Shown: positions 53,164-63,594, numbered from the stretch's first letter. The stretch: 64,000 nucleotides of DNA from Patescibacteria group bacterium (GCA_018970425.1 JAGWWK010000004.1:1811-65810), one strand, 5' to 3'. Made by a program: numbers and translations. The notes: generated by a model from the sequence alone, not told the origin.

Positions 53164-54636
53164 ATGCCTGTTTCGGCTCACGCATCAGATCTTGACTACC
53201 GACTCTGGCTCCTTGAGCAGATTCGTCAGTGTCGCGTTGATTCGACACTACTTCTCGATATAACTGAACATGGGTACAATGTGTGGCAGAGGTACGAGCA
53301 ATATATTTTTTCTACAGATATCGCACGATTCAGCGCACTCGGCTCATTCGACCAGTATCGCGCCACTGAAGGTGGTACGCACAGGTTCGTTTCTCTCAAG
53401 GGTGTCATTGTCGGAGCGGTGGGGGTCCTAGTAACATGCGCAGCCACGTTGATCTACGCTGTCAGAGGTGCATCGGTCGTGGTGTATGGCATTGATCGCG
53501 TAAGTGATCCTCTCTATGCCGCTGATTTTCGGATGAAGTCTGTGCACAGATTTGTAGCGGAACATCGTATTGCATCATTAGAAATCTTACACACCGTGTT
53601 TAATCGAAAATTTCTTTCAAACTTGTGGGCGAGACGTCGTCCCGCGGTATACCTTGAATCGTTCGACGTACTGCATTCGATCGGCAGATTTTTAGGTACC
53701 ATTCCTCCATTCCGGGCTACAGTAACCGCTCCCGAAGGACTTACGGTCGATGAAGATCGGTTCGCGCGCTATGTCATTAAAAAATATTTATCCCAGCACA
53801 ACGCGTCCCATATACGGGTTTCAGCGCTGACGATTATCTTGCGTGCCGTACGTGCGCGCGCAGTGCTTGCAATTGATGATGCACGCACATTTCATGATCT
53901 CGCGATGGCCGCACGACGTGCTGGCATTCCCATGATCGCGTTTCAGCACGGACACTTTACTAAGTATCATGTCGGATGGTTACAGCCGGTCGCGTATCAA
54001 GGTGACATCCCGCGCCCTAATACTCTTGTGGTCTGGAGTGAGTACTGGAAGCAAGAACTACTACGTTTAAAAAGTATTTTCTCTGCAGATCAAATACAGG
54101 TAGGAACACCACAGACGAAGCAGTACCTATATCCAGAGACTAAGAATTTACGCATGGTGCTCATTCCTCATGAGACTGATAGCCCAAAGGCAGATATAGC
54201 AAGGGCAATACGTGCACTTGTGGAAGATGGATTTCAGGTTGTACTAAAACTTCGACCGGATACGGCGCGCAGCTCACAGCTCGCACAGTATCCGGATTTG
54301 CCTCACTCCCCAGCCTTCACGGTAATTTCAGCGCTCGAAGAACTGAACGACACACCGGGGTGCGCGGTAGGCGTCTATTCTTCGTTTCTGTATGAAATGG
54401 TGTCTGCAGGGATACCAGTTGGTATACTCTCTGATTTATCACCCTATGGAGTTGGTATGATTGAGAACGGCCTCGCGAATAGGGTGACCCTTGAAACCCT
54501 CGTACCCGATGTTCAATCATTGATACAAACTTTAAAGACCGAGCTCGATCGGCGACGTGAGTCCTTGACGAAAGGCCATGTGCCGATTGAGAATGTACTC
54601 ACTGACATCATGCACATGACTCACGTAAATGGGTAA
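53164..54636 (+). CDS. Hypothetical GT-B-like polysaccharide biosynthesis protein
   Basis: IAFQHG, VVWSEYW, LKLRP, YSSFLYE pattern typical of capsule/sialyl- or glycerophosphotransferase-like proteins. Confidence 0.6.
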   Translation: MPVSAHASDLDYRLWLLEQIRQCRVDSTLLLDITEHGYNVWQRYEQYIFSTDIARFSALGSFDQYRATEGGTHRFVSLKGVIVGAVGVLVTCAATLIYAVRGASVVVYGIDRVSDPLYAADFRMKSVHRFVAEHRIASLEILHTVFNRKFLSNLWARRRPAVYLESFDVLHSIGRFLGTIPPFRATVTAPEGLTVDEDRFARYVIKKYLSQHNASHIRVSALTIILRAVRARAVLAIDDARTFHDLAMAARRAGIPMIAFQHGHFTKYHVGWLQPVAYQGDIPRPNTLVVWSEYWKQELLRLKSIFSADQIQVGTPQTKQYLYPETKNLRMVLIPHETDSPKADIARAIRALVEDGFQVVLKLRPDTARSSQLAQYPDLPHSPAFTVISALEELNDTPGCAVGVYSSFLYEMVSAGIPVGILSDLSPYGVGMIENGLANRVTLETLVPDVQSLIQTLKTELDRRRESLTKGHVPIENVLTDIMHMTHVNG

Positions 54637-54638
54637 AC

Positions 54639-55376
54639 ATGTTTAGATCTTTAAAGCTCGGGCAATATCGCCTACGGCAGTGGATTCGAGGTATTTATGC
54701 ATATCCCACAAAAACACTTTCGACTGAGCCGCTTGCCTATGATGACTACTGGGATACAAAACGCCCACGCAGCGCACAGATCGTACTTTCTCCGATGGAG
54801 CGCGCTAGAGCAGAACTCATTGCTCGTAGCATGCCAGATGGGGTGCGAAGCATTGGAGATATTGGGTCAGGGCCCGGAACTGTTCTACACGAGATACTCC
54901 GCTTGTGCCCAGGATTAGAAGGCGTAGCGTATGACTCATCCGTGCGGGCGCGGCGAGCTGCTGAAGAGCTCGGCCTACGAGCCATCCCACTCGACCTTCG
55001 CGCGGATCCGAGTCTGTCGAGTGTGATTCCTGCAGACGTATTTATTATTTTAGAAGTCCTCGAGCACATACCGGATGCAGAACAGGTCCTTGCGGCAGTA
55101 GTTGCCAAATCTACCCGCGGCGTATTTTTTTCGGTGCCGAATACGGGATTTTTCATGCACCGTTTTAGGCTTCTGTTTGGCAAGGTGCCTGCTCAATGGA
55201 TTCATATGCCAAACGAGCATCTCCGCTTTTGGACCATCGTCGACATGCGCTGGTGGCTTAACGCACAAGGGTATAAGCAATTTTCAGTAATGCCGTACGG
55301 CGGCGTGCCTCTATTAAATATGGTATGGCCCAATTTGTTTGCTGAAGGCACACTAGTAACTATCGAAAAAAATTAA
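54639..55376 (+). CDS. Class I SAM methyltransferase (MetW-like)
   Basis: DIGSGPG, EVLEHIPD, SVPNTG, EHLRFWT. Confidence 0.85.
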   Translation: MFRSLKLGQYRLRQWIRGIYAYPTKTLSTEPLAYDDYWDTKRPRSAQIVLSPMERARAELIARSMPDGVRSIGDIGSGPGTVLHEILRLCPGLEGVAYDSSVRARRAAEELGLRAIPLDLRADPSLSSVIPADVFIILEVLEHIPDAEQVLAAVVAKSTRGVFFSVPNTGFFMHRFRLLFGKVPAQWIHMPNEHLRFWTIVDMRWWLNAQGYKQFSVMPYGGVPLLNMVWPNLFAEGTLVTIEKN

Positions 55377-55384
55377 TTCTTTCT

Positions 55385-56122
55385 ATGAATAGAAAAAATA
55401 TTCGATCAGTAAGCAGTTTTGCTGCTTATTTAATCTTACTACAGCGTACTCAATATCAGCTCTTGAGCTTTCTGCCGAAAGGCATACGTCGAAGACTTGA
55501 CCCAGCATCTAAATGGTACAATTTTTATTTAAGGGCGGAAGCGTTCGTGTTTCACTCCAGAATACTGCGCCTTCTAAATGCAGATATGGATTCTGAAGTA
55601 TCAGAAATCAAGCGTTTTTTTCCTGAGCGCGTCGGTTCTATTCTCGGTATTGGGAGTGGGGTAGCATTGGAAATCGCGCTTCTTGCAAGAGCATTTCCAA
55701 AAGCTAGAGTGCGGCTTGTTGACAAAGAGATGGTCAGTCAGAAAATTTACTACGGCTTGCAGTCCCAGGGCAGTTACTATAACTCGTGGGCCGCGGTTCG
55801 TGAGGTGGCGGAATCGGTAGGTGTTGATAGTAGTGGTTGGCTTTTCACTGATGTAGATGTGAAAAATCCTATTATATCAGTAAGTACTAGTGAGCCTTAT
55901 GATATTGTAGTGAGTTTCCTGTCATGGGGATTTCATTACCCCATCTCTGTCTATTCGTCTATTTTTGCAGCAATTAAATTACAAGGTATTGTAGTGTTGG
56001 ATATTCAACCAAAAGAGGGCTGGGAGCAAAAGATTCGAACGGCAACCGGTCCAAATTTCGAAATAGTCAAAATTAGAGAGAGACCGAATTCAGTTCGAGT
56101 AATTTGTCGAAGATTTCAATAG
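55385..56122 (+). CDS. Methyltransferase-like protein
   Basis: ILGIGSG, YDIVVSFLSWGFHYP. Confidence 0.7.
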   Translation: MNRKNIRSVSSFAAYLILLQRTQYQLLSFLPKGIRRRLDPASKWYNFYLRAEAFVFHSRILRLLNADMDSEVSEIKRFFPERVGSILGIGSGVALEIALLARAFPKARVRLVDKEMVSQKIYYGLQSQGSYYNSWAAVREVAESVGVDSSGWLFTDVDVKNPIISVSTSEPYDIVVSFLSWGFHYPISVYSSIFAAIKLQGIVVLDIQPKEGWEQKIRTATGPNFEIVKIRERPNSVRVICRRFQ

Positions 56123-56123
56123 C

Positions 56124-56987
56124 ATGACGAGAGGAGAGTGCACGCAGCAACTATCTACCGCGTTAGTTCTTGTGTGTAATGAAGCGTACGCTAATCATGC
56201 TTATATTCTAGTTAGATCTGCTAAAAAAAACGAACCAACGTTATACCCGATTGTATTTGGAATAAATCTATCACAGTCTGCGAAGTGCAGGCTTATAAAT
56301 TGTGGGGCCGAACTGCGTTCTGAGTTTCATGTATTCGAGTCTAAAGAGATAGAGCGAAGCTTTGCGGCTAATCGGCGAATGGAAGCACTCAGAGAGGTGC
56401 TTGCTGAAGGGTATGAGCGAGTGTTGTATTGCGATGCGGACTCGATTATTCGTAGGCCTTTGAAAATCGTCTGGGAGCTCCTTGATGAGTGTGACCTTGC
56501 ACTTTGTCATTTCTACCGCATCAAACCAATCTCGCGGGCCGATTTCCAGCGGATGAAATATCTTTCTGGAGTTATCGCACTTAGAAATAATCCGAAGGTA
56601 AATCATGTTGTTTCAAGATGGAGCCAGGATGCACAGGCTCATATGAATGAATGGTTCGCAGATCAGATTTATTTGATCAAGGCACTAGACGATGCGCGGG
56701 GTCTGCGGATTGGATCGCTACCATTAAGTTGCATAGATTGGACGTACGCTTTCGGGAGTCCTCTATGGGTCGCAAAGGGTGCGCGTGGTAAGTTAAGTTT
56801 AATTTTTAGATTAGAAGTGCTGAAATATAAAATAGAAGCCCCTCCTTTTTTAATTGGAGTCACTATAACTATGCTTCAGGGTATATGTAGACTAGGCGAG
56901 TTCCTCTGGCGTCCAATTACCCGACCGCGCACCTGGCTTCATTCGCTTACCCGTATTCGTATCAAAAAAATAGAAGGTCACCAGTAA
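56124..56987 (+). CDS. GT-A nucleotide-diphospho-sugar transferase
   Basis: VLYCDADSII (DxD), SGVI, WFADQ. Confidence 0.75.
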   Translation: MTRGECTQQLSTALVLVCNEAYANHAYILVRSAKKNEPTLYPIVFGINLSQSAKCRLINCGAELRSEFHVFESKEIERSFAANRRMEALREVLAEGYERVLYCDADSIIRRPLKIVWELLDECDLALCHFYRIKPISRADFQRMKYLSGVIALRNNPKVNHVVSRWSQDAQAHMNEWFADQIYLIKALDDARGLRIGSLPLSCIDWTYAFGSPLWVAKGARGKLSLIFRLEVLKYKIEAPPFLIGVTITMLQGICRLGEFLWRPITRPRTWLHSLTRIRIKKIEGHQ

Positions 56988-58205
56988 CAAAATTAGACCG
57001 AAGGCATAGTACCCGAGTGTAGCCCAAACAACGCCCCAGATTCCAAAGGGGGTAATCAGGACAGCGAGAAGAATTAAGCGGAGTAGCGAGGTCGAAAGCG
57101 AATTGATATACAAAAGTTTTTTCTTCGCATGGCTCACCAATGCCTGACTGTACAGTGCTCCTGCAAAGACAAGAGGGACGGTTAAGGCGTAAGCCTGAGA
57201 GTAGGGGATAGCCGCAAGGTATTGCGGAAAAAACAATGAGAAGAGATACGGTGCAAGAGCGATGTAGATGCCTGCTAATGTTAAACCTACAGCAAACAAA
57301 ATTAACGATTTGCGCGCAATGGTCCGTCTTATTTGATCATAGTCTTGCTGCGTCATTTTGGAAAACGCCAAGGAATTCACTATTCCGGCAGTGCTTCGCA
57401 TCTGGTCAGGAGCTACTTCAGAAAATGCGTATAGAGCTAGAGCAGTTCCCCCTAACTGAGAAAATACTAGTATTCGATCAAGTTGTGCGACAGCAGTTGC
57501 AAAGATGCCGATACCAGAAAGATGTTTTCCATATGAAAGCATTTCATGATGTAGATGTTTTGTTGTTTTTGAGTATTGACTGATTATTCTGTGATAGCAA
57601 AAATATGTCGCAATAAATGTCGTACTAAAGTAGGCCGTACTCAATAGAAGAGGATTATTTGTTATTGAAACTACTCCAACGAGAATACCAATAGGCACTA
57701 TAGATCGTAACAAGTTGTATAGGGTCTTCGTTTTGAACTCCTGTAGACCGCTGAGAAAGTTATCATAAAGGGACGCCGCTGCTATCAATGGAGAAATCGC
57801 ACCTCCAAAGAAGATAGCGAAACCGATTATGAGATTGTCGTTCCAAAGATAATATGTACCGATGCATCCAGCAGCAACTATGCTGCCAATGCTCCACCGC
57901 AAGGATGCAGAGAATCCGTGCGGAAGTGCATCCAACACACCTTGAGCCGCAGCGCGGTTTACTGCCTTACCTAGACCGATCAGAGAAAGCGTACCTGTTA
58001 GTCCTATGATTGACAAAATATATTTGTAGACTCCGTACTTCTCGGGCTCCATTAGGTTTGCGAAAACATATGCCATCAGGAATCCAAAAAGAACTGTCCC
58101 GACCTGGCCGATAATCAGCCAGAATCCTCCTCGGGCGAGGTACTTTATATCCGTCCGCAGAACACGCTCCGCGACCAGGAGTGCATGTAGGAATTTCTTT
58201 CTCAT
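56892..58205 (-). CDS. Oligosaccharide flippase (Wzx-like)
   Basis: About 12 TMs, EKYGVYKY, QLDRILV, PFGIWGVVWA. Confidence 0.9.
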   Translation of the reverse strand: MRKKFLHALLVAERVLRTDIKYLARGGFWLIIGQVGTVLFGFLMAYVFANLMEPEKYGVYKYILSIIGLTGTLSLIGLGKAVNRAAAQGVLDALPHGFSASLRWSIGSIVAAGCIGTYYLWNDNLIIGFAIFFGGAISPLIAAASLYDNFLSGLQEFKTKTLYNLLRSIVPIGILVGVVSITNNPLLLSTAYFSTTFIATYFCYHRIISQYSKTTKHLHHEMLSYGKHLSGIGIFATAVAQLDRILVFSQLGGTALALYAFSEVAPDQMRSTAGIVNSLAFSKMTQQDYDQIRRTIARKSLILFAVGLTLAGIYIALAPYLFSLFFPQYLAAIPYSQAYALTVPLVFAGALYSQALVSHAKKKLLYINSLSTSLLRLILLAVLITPFGIWGVVWATLGYYAFGLILLLVTFYFFDTNTGKRMKPGARSGNWTPEELA

Positions 58206-58444
58206 ATTACTTCGGATGTCCATTCATAGTACCTTGCTATAAAGCAGATTAGTAGCTAGTCGAAAAAACTCTACTCTTACTTTGACCTTGGTTAACCTGC
58301 TTTCTTAAATATAAATGTCTATATAGTAGTGTAAAAAATTTGACATGCGTATAGATTTCGTTTCTAAGGAAAATTTCACAGGGTTCGCGTTAGAGGCAAA
58401 AGCTCCGTTGAGTTCGTAGAAAACTGCGTGCTATAGTAGAAAAA

Positions 58445-60595
58445 ATGGAGCTCGTACGGTACGTGCGTATTGGTGTGCTTGCGGCAGTATTTGCAATACC
58501 TGCCGTTGTGCTTATTGTTGCGAATACGCTCTATTTTCCGTTTATTACGGGTAAGGGGTTTGCATTTCGCCTTCTTGTAGAGCTTGCGTTTGCTGGATGG
58601 GTAGTGCTTGCACTTGCCGACCGTGCGTACCGCCCGACTAAGTCTGTCGCGCTTTGGCTCGGACTCGCATTTGTAGTGTCGATTGGGCTTTCGACTATCC
58701 TTGCGGAAAATCCGACCAAGGCGTTCTGGTCCAATTTCGAGCGCATGGAAGGGTATGTCCTTATCTTGCACCTCGCCATGTATGTAGTTGTACTGACGTC
58801 AATGCTTCGAACGGAGCGCCTGTGGCGCAACCTGATATACACCACTCTTGGCGTAGCGGCGATCGTAGGCATGTATAGCGTATTTCAGCTGAGTGGCGCG
58901 TTCGTCATCAACCAAGGAGGATTGCGTATTGATGCCACACTCGGGAATGCGACCTACTTCGCGGTCTACATGCTTGTGCATGTATTTCTTGCACTCTATG
59001 CGCTCGTGCGCTGGGCACGGGGGCGTGTGGTATCAGTGGTGCTTGGTATTTTAGCACTCTTCTTTTCTGTTCTCGTAATGTACTCGGCTACGCGCGGCGC
59101 TATTCTTGGGCTCCTGGGTGGCTTGGCGCTCGCGGGGCTGATTGTTGCGTTTTCTAAAGGCGTATCTCCGCTTGTCAGGCGCGCAGGGTACGCCGCTCTC
59201 GCTCTTGTTATCGTACTTTCTCTAGGCTTTGTTGCGGTTAAAGATACGCAGTATGTCGCAGAGCACCCAATCTTCTCGCGCATTGCAAGCATATCGCTCG
59301 CAGCGGGGGAGACTCGATTTACGATCTGGAGTATGGCGCTCGAAGGGGTGGCGGAGCGGCCCATGTTTGGATGGGGACAGGAAGGATTTAACTATGTATT
59401 TAACGAGTTCTATCGGCCCGAGCTCGTGACGCAAGAGCCGTGGTTTGATCGCGCACACAATGTTGTCTTAGATTGGCTGGTTGCAGGAGGGTTCCTGGGT
59501 ATGCTCCTGTACCTATCTTTGTACGCAGTCCTTATCTATTACCTTTGGCGGGGAACTACGTTTGACGCGAAAGATCGCGCCATCCTTACGGGCCTTATTG
59601 CAGCATATGGGTTTCATAACCTCTTCGTCTTCGACAACCTCATGAGCTACGTTCTGTTTCTCATGGTGTTTTCCTACATTACGGTGCGAGCGAACCCGAG
59701 CGAGCCCCAGGTTTCAGGCGGGGAGATACTCTCTCCACAAGTAGGATTGCCAGTGGTTGCGGTATTTCTCATATTTGCCGCTTACTTTTTAAATGCGCCG
59801 GGCTACGCCTCAGCATCTGGAATCATTCAGGGACTCTCGCCGCAACCACTCGGTGTGCAAAAAAATCTTCAATACTTCCGTGAAGCGTCTGAGCGGTCTG
59901 GGCTAGGGTACCAAGAAGTGGGCGAACAGTTTTTGCAATTTGCGATTCAAGCGCGCGCGATGCAGGTCGGAGATGAGCGTTTCCGCAGCGATGCAACGGT
60001 AACTGCGCAACGAGCGTTCGAAAGTATTCTCGTGCAAGCGCCGAATGATGCGCGGCTATTAGTCTTTTACGCGACATTCCTCCGGCAGGTCGGAGATCTT
60101 GATGGTGCGACACGCGTTATAGAGCAAGCACTCCAGGAATCGCCCAAGAAGCAGAGTATTCTAGTAGAGGCAGGAACCATTGACCTCGTAGCAGGTCGCT
60201 TCACTTCTGCTGTGGAGCGTCTTGGGTCTGTTTACGCATCTGCGGGCAGGTACGGAAATGCGCACCTTCTCTTAGCTGCGGCGCACATTCGAGCAGGGTC
60301 GCCAGCCGCCGCAAAGGAAATACTTATAAAAGAATACGGCTCCGCCGAACCGCCAGAGACCGCTGTCGCTACAATGTATCTTGATGCGGGGCAGTACGAC
60401 GCCGCTGTTAGGATAGCGGAGCTTGCTGCACAATCAAACTCGCTTCAAGCGCTTCAATTTTTGGCCGGTGTGTACTACCGTGGGAACCAATTTGATAAAG
60501 CAATCACGGCTCTGTCGAGAGCAAAGCAGGTTGCTCCCGAGTATGCTGCACAGGCAGATGAACTCATTCGGATGCTTTCGGCAGAGCGAAGGTAG
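58445..60595 (+). CDS. O-antigen ligase / O-oligosaccharyltransferase-like protein with C-terminal TPRs
   Basis: ATLGNATYFA, SATRGA, RFTIW...RPMFGWGQEGF, DRAHNVVLD; TPR-like tail. Confidence 0.9.
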   Translation: MELVRYVRIGVLAAVFAIPAVVLIVANTLYFPFITGKGFAFRLLVELAFAGWVVLALADRAYRPTKSVALWLGLAFVVSIGLSTILAENPTKAFWSNFERMEGYVLILHLAMYVVVLTSMLRTERLWRNLIYTTLGVAAIVGMYSVFQLSGAFVINQGGLRIDATLGNATYFAVYMLVHVFLALYALVRWARGRVVSVVLGILALFFSVLVMYSATRGAILGLLGGLALAGLIVAFSKGVSPLVRRAGYAALALVIVLSLGFVAVKDTQYVAEHPIFSRIASISLAAGETRFTIWSMALEGVAERPMFGWGQEGFNYVFNEFYRPELVTQEPWFDRAHNVVLDWLVAGGFLGMLLYLSLYAVLIYYLWRGTTFDAKDRAILTGLIAAYGFHNLFVFDNLMSYVLFLMVFSYITVRANPSEPQVSGGEILSPQVGLPVVAVFLIFAAYFLNAPGYASASGIIQGLSPQPLGVQKNLQYFREASERSGLGYQEVGEQFLQFAIQARAMQVGDERFRSDATVTAQRAFESILVQAPNDARLLVFYATFLRQVGDLDGATRVIEQALQESPKKQSILVEAGTIDLVAGRFTSAVERLGSVYASAGRYGNAHLLLAAAHIRAGSPAAAKEILIKEYGSAEPPETAVATMYLDAGQYDAAVRIAELAAQSNSLQALQFLAGVYYRGNQFDKAITALSRAKQVAPEYAAQADELIRMLSAERR

Positions 60596-60596
60596 G

Positions 60597-60625
60597 TTGC
60601 CAACACTGCGCGCGCCTGCTATACT
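60597..60625 (+). promoter_or_regulatory. Sigma-70-type promoter
   Basis: TTGCCA-N17-TATACT. Confidence 0.65.
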
Positions 60626-60713
60626 TTGGAAAGTGAGTGCCTGACAAAATCGGGCTCGAACGAAAATCTGCATGAACCCCGCTCTGCGGGGTTTCGTGTT
60701 CTATACTTTTTCT

Positions 60714-62474
60714 ATGTCCATGTATCGCGAAGCAATCAGAGCATACTCAACTCGCACGATGCTTACAGATCTTGTGCGCAGAATTGCTCCATATCGGAGC
60801 ACGTTTCTTCTCGCAACCGGCATTCGCATTATTGGAGATGTTGCGTGGCTGTACCCGGCGATAGCGGTTGCGACGATACTTACGGAATTGTCTAAGGTGA
60901 CCGCTGCTTCGAGTAGCGTCATTCTTACGGTCTTTTTCTGGTGGGGCGTTGCCATCGCAGTGCGAGCACTATCTCGGTCGTGGTCGTCATACCTTGGTTT
61001 TCATGTTTCAGAGCGAGCCAAGCTCGATACTGAGCGCGAAGCGCTTCAACACCTGACCTTGCTTGATATGGCGTGGCATGAGCGCGAGTCGAGCGGCGCA
61101 AAGATGAAACGCGTTTCCGCTGCGGCTCAAGGTGTAGATCGGGTCATACGCATGTGGTTTACGCTCCTCGTGAGCATTAGCGTGACTGCGGTTGGCGTCC
61201 TTATTATTGTCAGTCGTATCGATCCAACGCTTTCTGTGCTAATCGTAGTTTTTGCCATAATCTACTTTACACTCGCGCTCATCTTAGGGCGGCGCGCCGC
61301 AGCAACCTCTCTTGCTGTTCAAAAAGAGGAAGAAGTTTTTAACGGTGTGGTGTATGAAACTATTGCGAATGTCCGCACGGTGCATGTGTTTGATCATGCA
61401 CGCGAGGCACTGTCCCGGCTCGACGCGCTTCTATCCGGTGTGGTGGGCAAGGTACAGACGCGTATTCAGGCCTATCAGTTCCGGTCGTTCGTATTGTTTG
61501 CATGTGCGCAAACATTCCTTATAGGTTCCTTACTGTTCGTCGGTATCCAGATTATTGACGGCCACTATGAGCTCGGTCTTTTTGCGCTCGTGTATCGATA
61601 CTTCGGTCAGATTTGGGACGCCGCAGGAGAGCTTGCCGATTTTTCCCAAGAGTTCATGACCTCAAAGCTCTCACTTGCACGGCTTTCGGAGATAACGCGC
61701 ACTCCCCCCGAGGGGGTGAGTGATGAACGGTTCGATATGCCACACGACTGGAAGGAAATCCGCTTTGACGACGTATCGTTCTCATATGGTGAGACCGTAG
61801 CGCTCTCGCATGTGTCCTTCTCGGTGCGCCGTGGCCAGAAAGTCGGCATCGTGGGCTCATCAGGCGCAGGCAAATCAACACTATTTAAGTTGCTCCTGAA
61901 AGAGCGGAGCGCGTATACCGGAGAGATCTACATCGATGACATTCCACTGCGTCATATACGTCGCTCAAGTTATTTTGAAAAGGTATCGGCCGTACTACAA
62001 GACACCGAAGTATTTAATATTTCGCTCAAGGATAATGTAACGCTCGCACGACCAGGGCTCTCATCAGACGAGCATGTGCGCAACGCTCTCAAGACGGCCC
62101 ACGTCAGTGACTTTGCGGAGCGTCTTCCCGAGGGCGTCGACACTATTATTGGCGAGCGCGGGGTGAAGTTATCAGGCGGTGAACGGCAGCGCCTCGGAAT
62201 CGCGCGCGCCGTGTTTAAGCAACCAGAGCTTCTCTTAATGGATGAAGCAACATCGCACCTCGATTCGGATTCCGAAGAGCGCATTCAAGACTCCCTAACG
62301 CGTTTCTTTTCCGGGGTTACGGCGATTGTTATTGCGCATAGACTATCTACAATCCGCGCTATGGATGTGATTTTAGTAATTGAAGGAGGGCAGGTCGTGG
62401 AGCAGGGGTCATTTGACGCGCTTATTGCACAGGGCGGCAGATTTTCCGAGTTGTGGTCGAAGCAGTCACTCTAG
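60714..62474 (+). CDS. ABC exporter, fused permease-ATPase
   Basis: Six TMs, GSSGAGKST, LSGGERQR, MDEATSHLD, AHRLST. Confidence 0.95.
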   Translation: MSMYREAIRAYSTRTMLTDLVRRIAPYRSTFLLATGIRIIGDVAWLYPAIAVATILTELSKVTAASSSVILTVFFWWGVAIAVRALSRSWSSYLGFHVSERAKLDTEREALQHLTLLDMAWHERESSGAKMKRVSAAAQGVDRVIRMWFTLLVSISVTAVGVLIIVSRIDPTLSVLIVVFAIIYFTLALILGRRAAATSLAVQKEEEVFNGVVYETIANVRTVHVFDHAREALSRLDALLSGVVGKVQTRIQAYQFRSFVLFACAQTFLIGSLLFVGIQIIDGHYELGLFALVYRYFGQIWDAAGELADFSQEFMTSKLSLARLSEITRTPPEGVSDERFDMPHDWKEIRFDDVSFSYGETVALSHVSFSVRRGQKVGIVGSSGAGKSTLFKLLLKERSAYTGEIYIDDIPLRHIRRSSYFEKVSAVLQDTEVFNISLKDNVTLARPGLSSDEHVRNALKTAHVSDFAERLPEGVDTIIGERGVKLSGGERQRLGIARAVFKQPELLLMDEATSHLDSDSEERIQDSLTRFFSGVTAIVIAHRLSTIRAMDVILVIEGGQVVEQGSFDALIAQGGRFSELWSKQSL

Positions 62475-62572
62475 TATACTGAGAAGCGTTGCCCCTAGCG
62501 TGCGGCTGGCGGCGGCACTCACATAGATTTTCACTTGGAGCTCGCACCCGTCAGTCGCACACTGGGGAGAAC

Positions 62573-63568
62573 ATGTACGTACGAACACAGGTCAGTGCAC
62601 GAGAGCTGACGACTTTTCGCGTCGGCGGGTCCGTAGCAAATGTCATAACAATTGAATCTCGCGAGGAGGTATCTGATGTAGTCCGGTTTGCAGAGTCCCT
62701 TCAGGCACCGATCATACCGGTGGGTGGAGGGTCTAACATACTGGTACCCGACGGACTTCTCGCGGTAACATTTCTACGATACGCACCACGAGACATAACA
62801 GTCGACGGGCCCATCGTGAGGGTATCCGCAGGGGCACGATGGGATGACCTAGTCCTCATTTCTACTCAACACGGCCTGCGAGGTCTTGAAAACTTATCAG
62901 GCATACCAGGAACAGTAGGTGGAGCTGTCGCGCAGAACATTGGTGCCTATGGTGCAGTGCTTGCAGATACACTCTTGTCTGTGACCGCGTTTGATCTTCA
63001 TGAAAAAGAGTGGCGTGTGATTTCATCGAAAGCATGCTCATTCGGGTATCGGTCGAGTATGTTTTCCGCAGAACGCGACCGCTACCTAGTTACACAAGCA
63101 GAATTTGCACTCTCCCGAGATATGCCACTTCGTATCGACTATCGCGACCTCGCAGATGCGTTTCGTGATTGTGAACCGACGCAGGTAGGAGTGCGCGACA
63201 CGGTACTTCGCATTCGTGCGGACAAATTTCCCTCGCTTACCGAATTCGGAACCGCAGGATCATATTTTATGAATCCCGTGCTTGATGCGCGATCGGCATA
63301 TGCTGTTGCTGAGCGCTATCCTGGTATGCCAACATTTCATCTTCCTGAAGGTGGAGTTAAAGTACCGCTTGCATGGCTTATTGATCATGTCCTTGGAATG
63401 CGCGGACAGATACACCGCGGCGTTGAAGTGTGGCGCGGACAATCGCTCGTCCTTGCTGCGCATGAGAATGCTACATCCTCTGACGTGCGACGACTCGCAT
63501 CACACATTGCGCGCAGAGTATTCGAAGAAACGAACATACACATTACCCCAGAGGTGCGTGAGTTGTAA
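62573..63568 (+). CDS. murB: UDP-N-acetylenolpyruvoylglucosamine reductase
   Basis: TTFRVGG, GGGSNIL, GIPGTVGGAVAQNIGAYG, FGYRSS, AGSYFMNP. Confidence 0.95.
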   Translation: MYVRTQVSARELTTFRVGGSVANVITIESREEVSDVVRFAESLQAPIIPVGGGSNILVPDGLLAVTFLRYAPRDITVDGPIVRVSAGARWDDLVLISTQHGLRGLENLSGIPGTVGGAVAQNIGAYGAVLADTLLSVTAFDLHEKEWRVISSKACSFGYRSSMFSAERDRYLVTQAEFALSRDMPLRIDYRDLADAFRDCEPTQVGVRDTVLRIRADKFPSLTEFGTAGSYFMNPVLDARSAYAVAERYPGMPTFHLPEGGVKVPLAWLIDHVLGMRGQIHRGVEVWRGQSLVLAAHENATSSDVRRLASHIARRVFEETNIHITPEVREL

Positions 63569-63585
63569 TTTTTTTTCTTTAAAAC

Positions 63586-63594
63586 TTATCCACA
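63586..63594 (+). promoter_or_regulatory. DnaA-box consensus
   Basis: TTATCCACA in an AT-rich intergenic region. Confidence 0.5.

Noticed and set aside
56892-56987. 96-nt convergent overlap of the glycosyltransferase and flippase
   Set aside because: Both tails look unconserved; most likely stop-codon drift in a compact genome
62489-62572. ZTP riboswitch or SRP RNA identity for the murB leader
   Set aside because: GTGCGGCTGGCG resembles the ZTP 5' strand but the CGCCTGGG pseudoknot partner is absent; no SRP GGAA-loop motif
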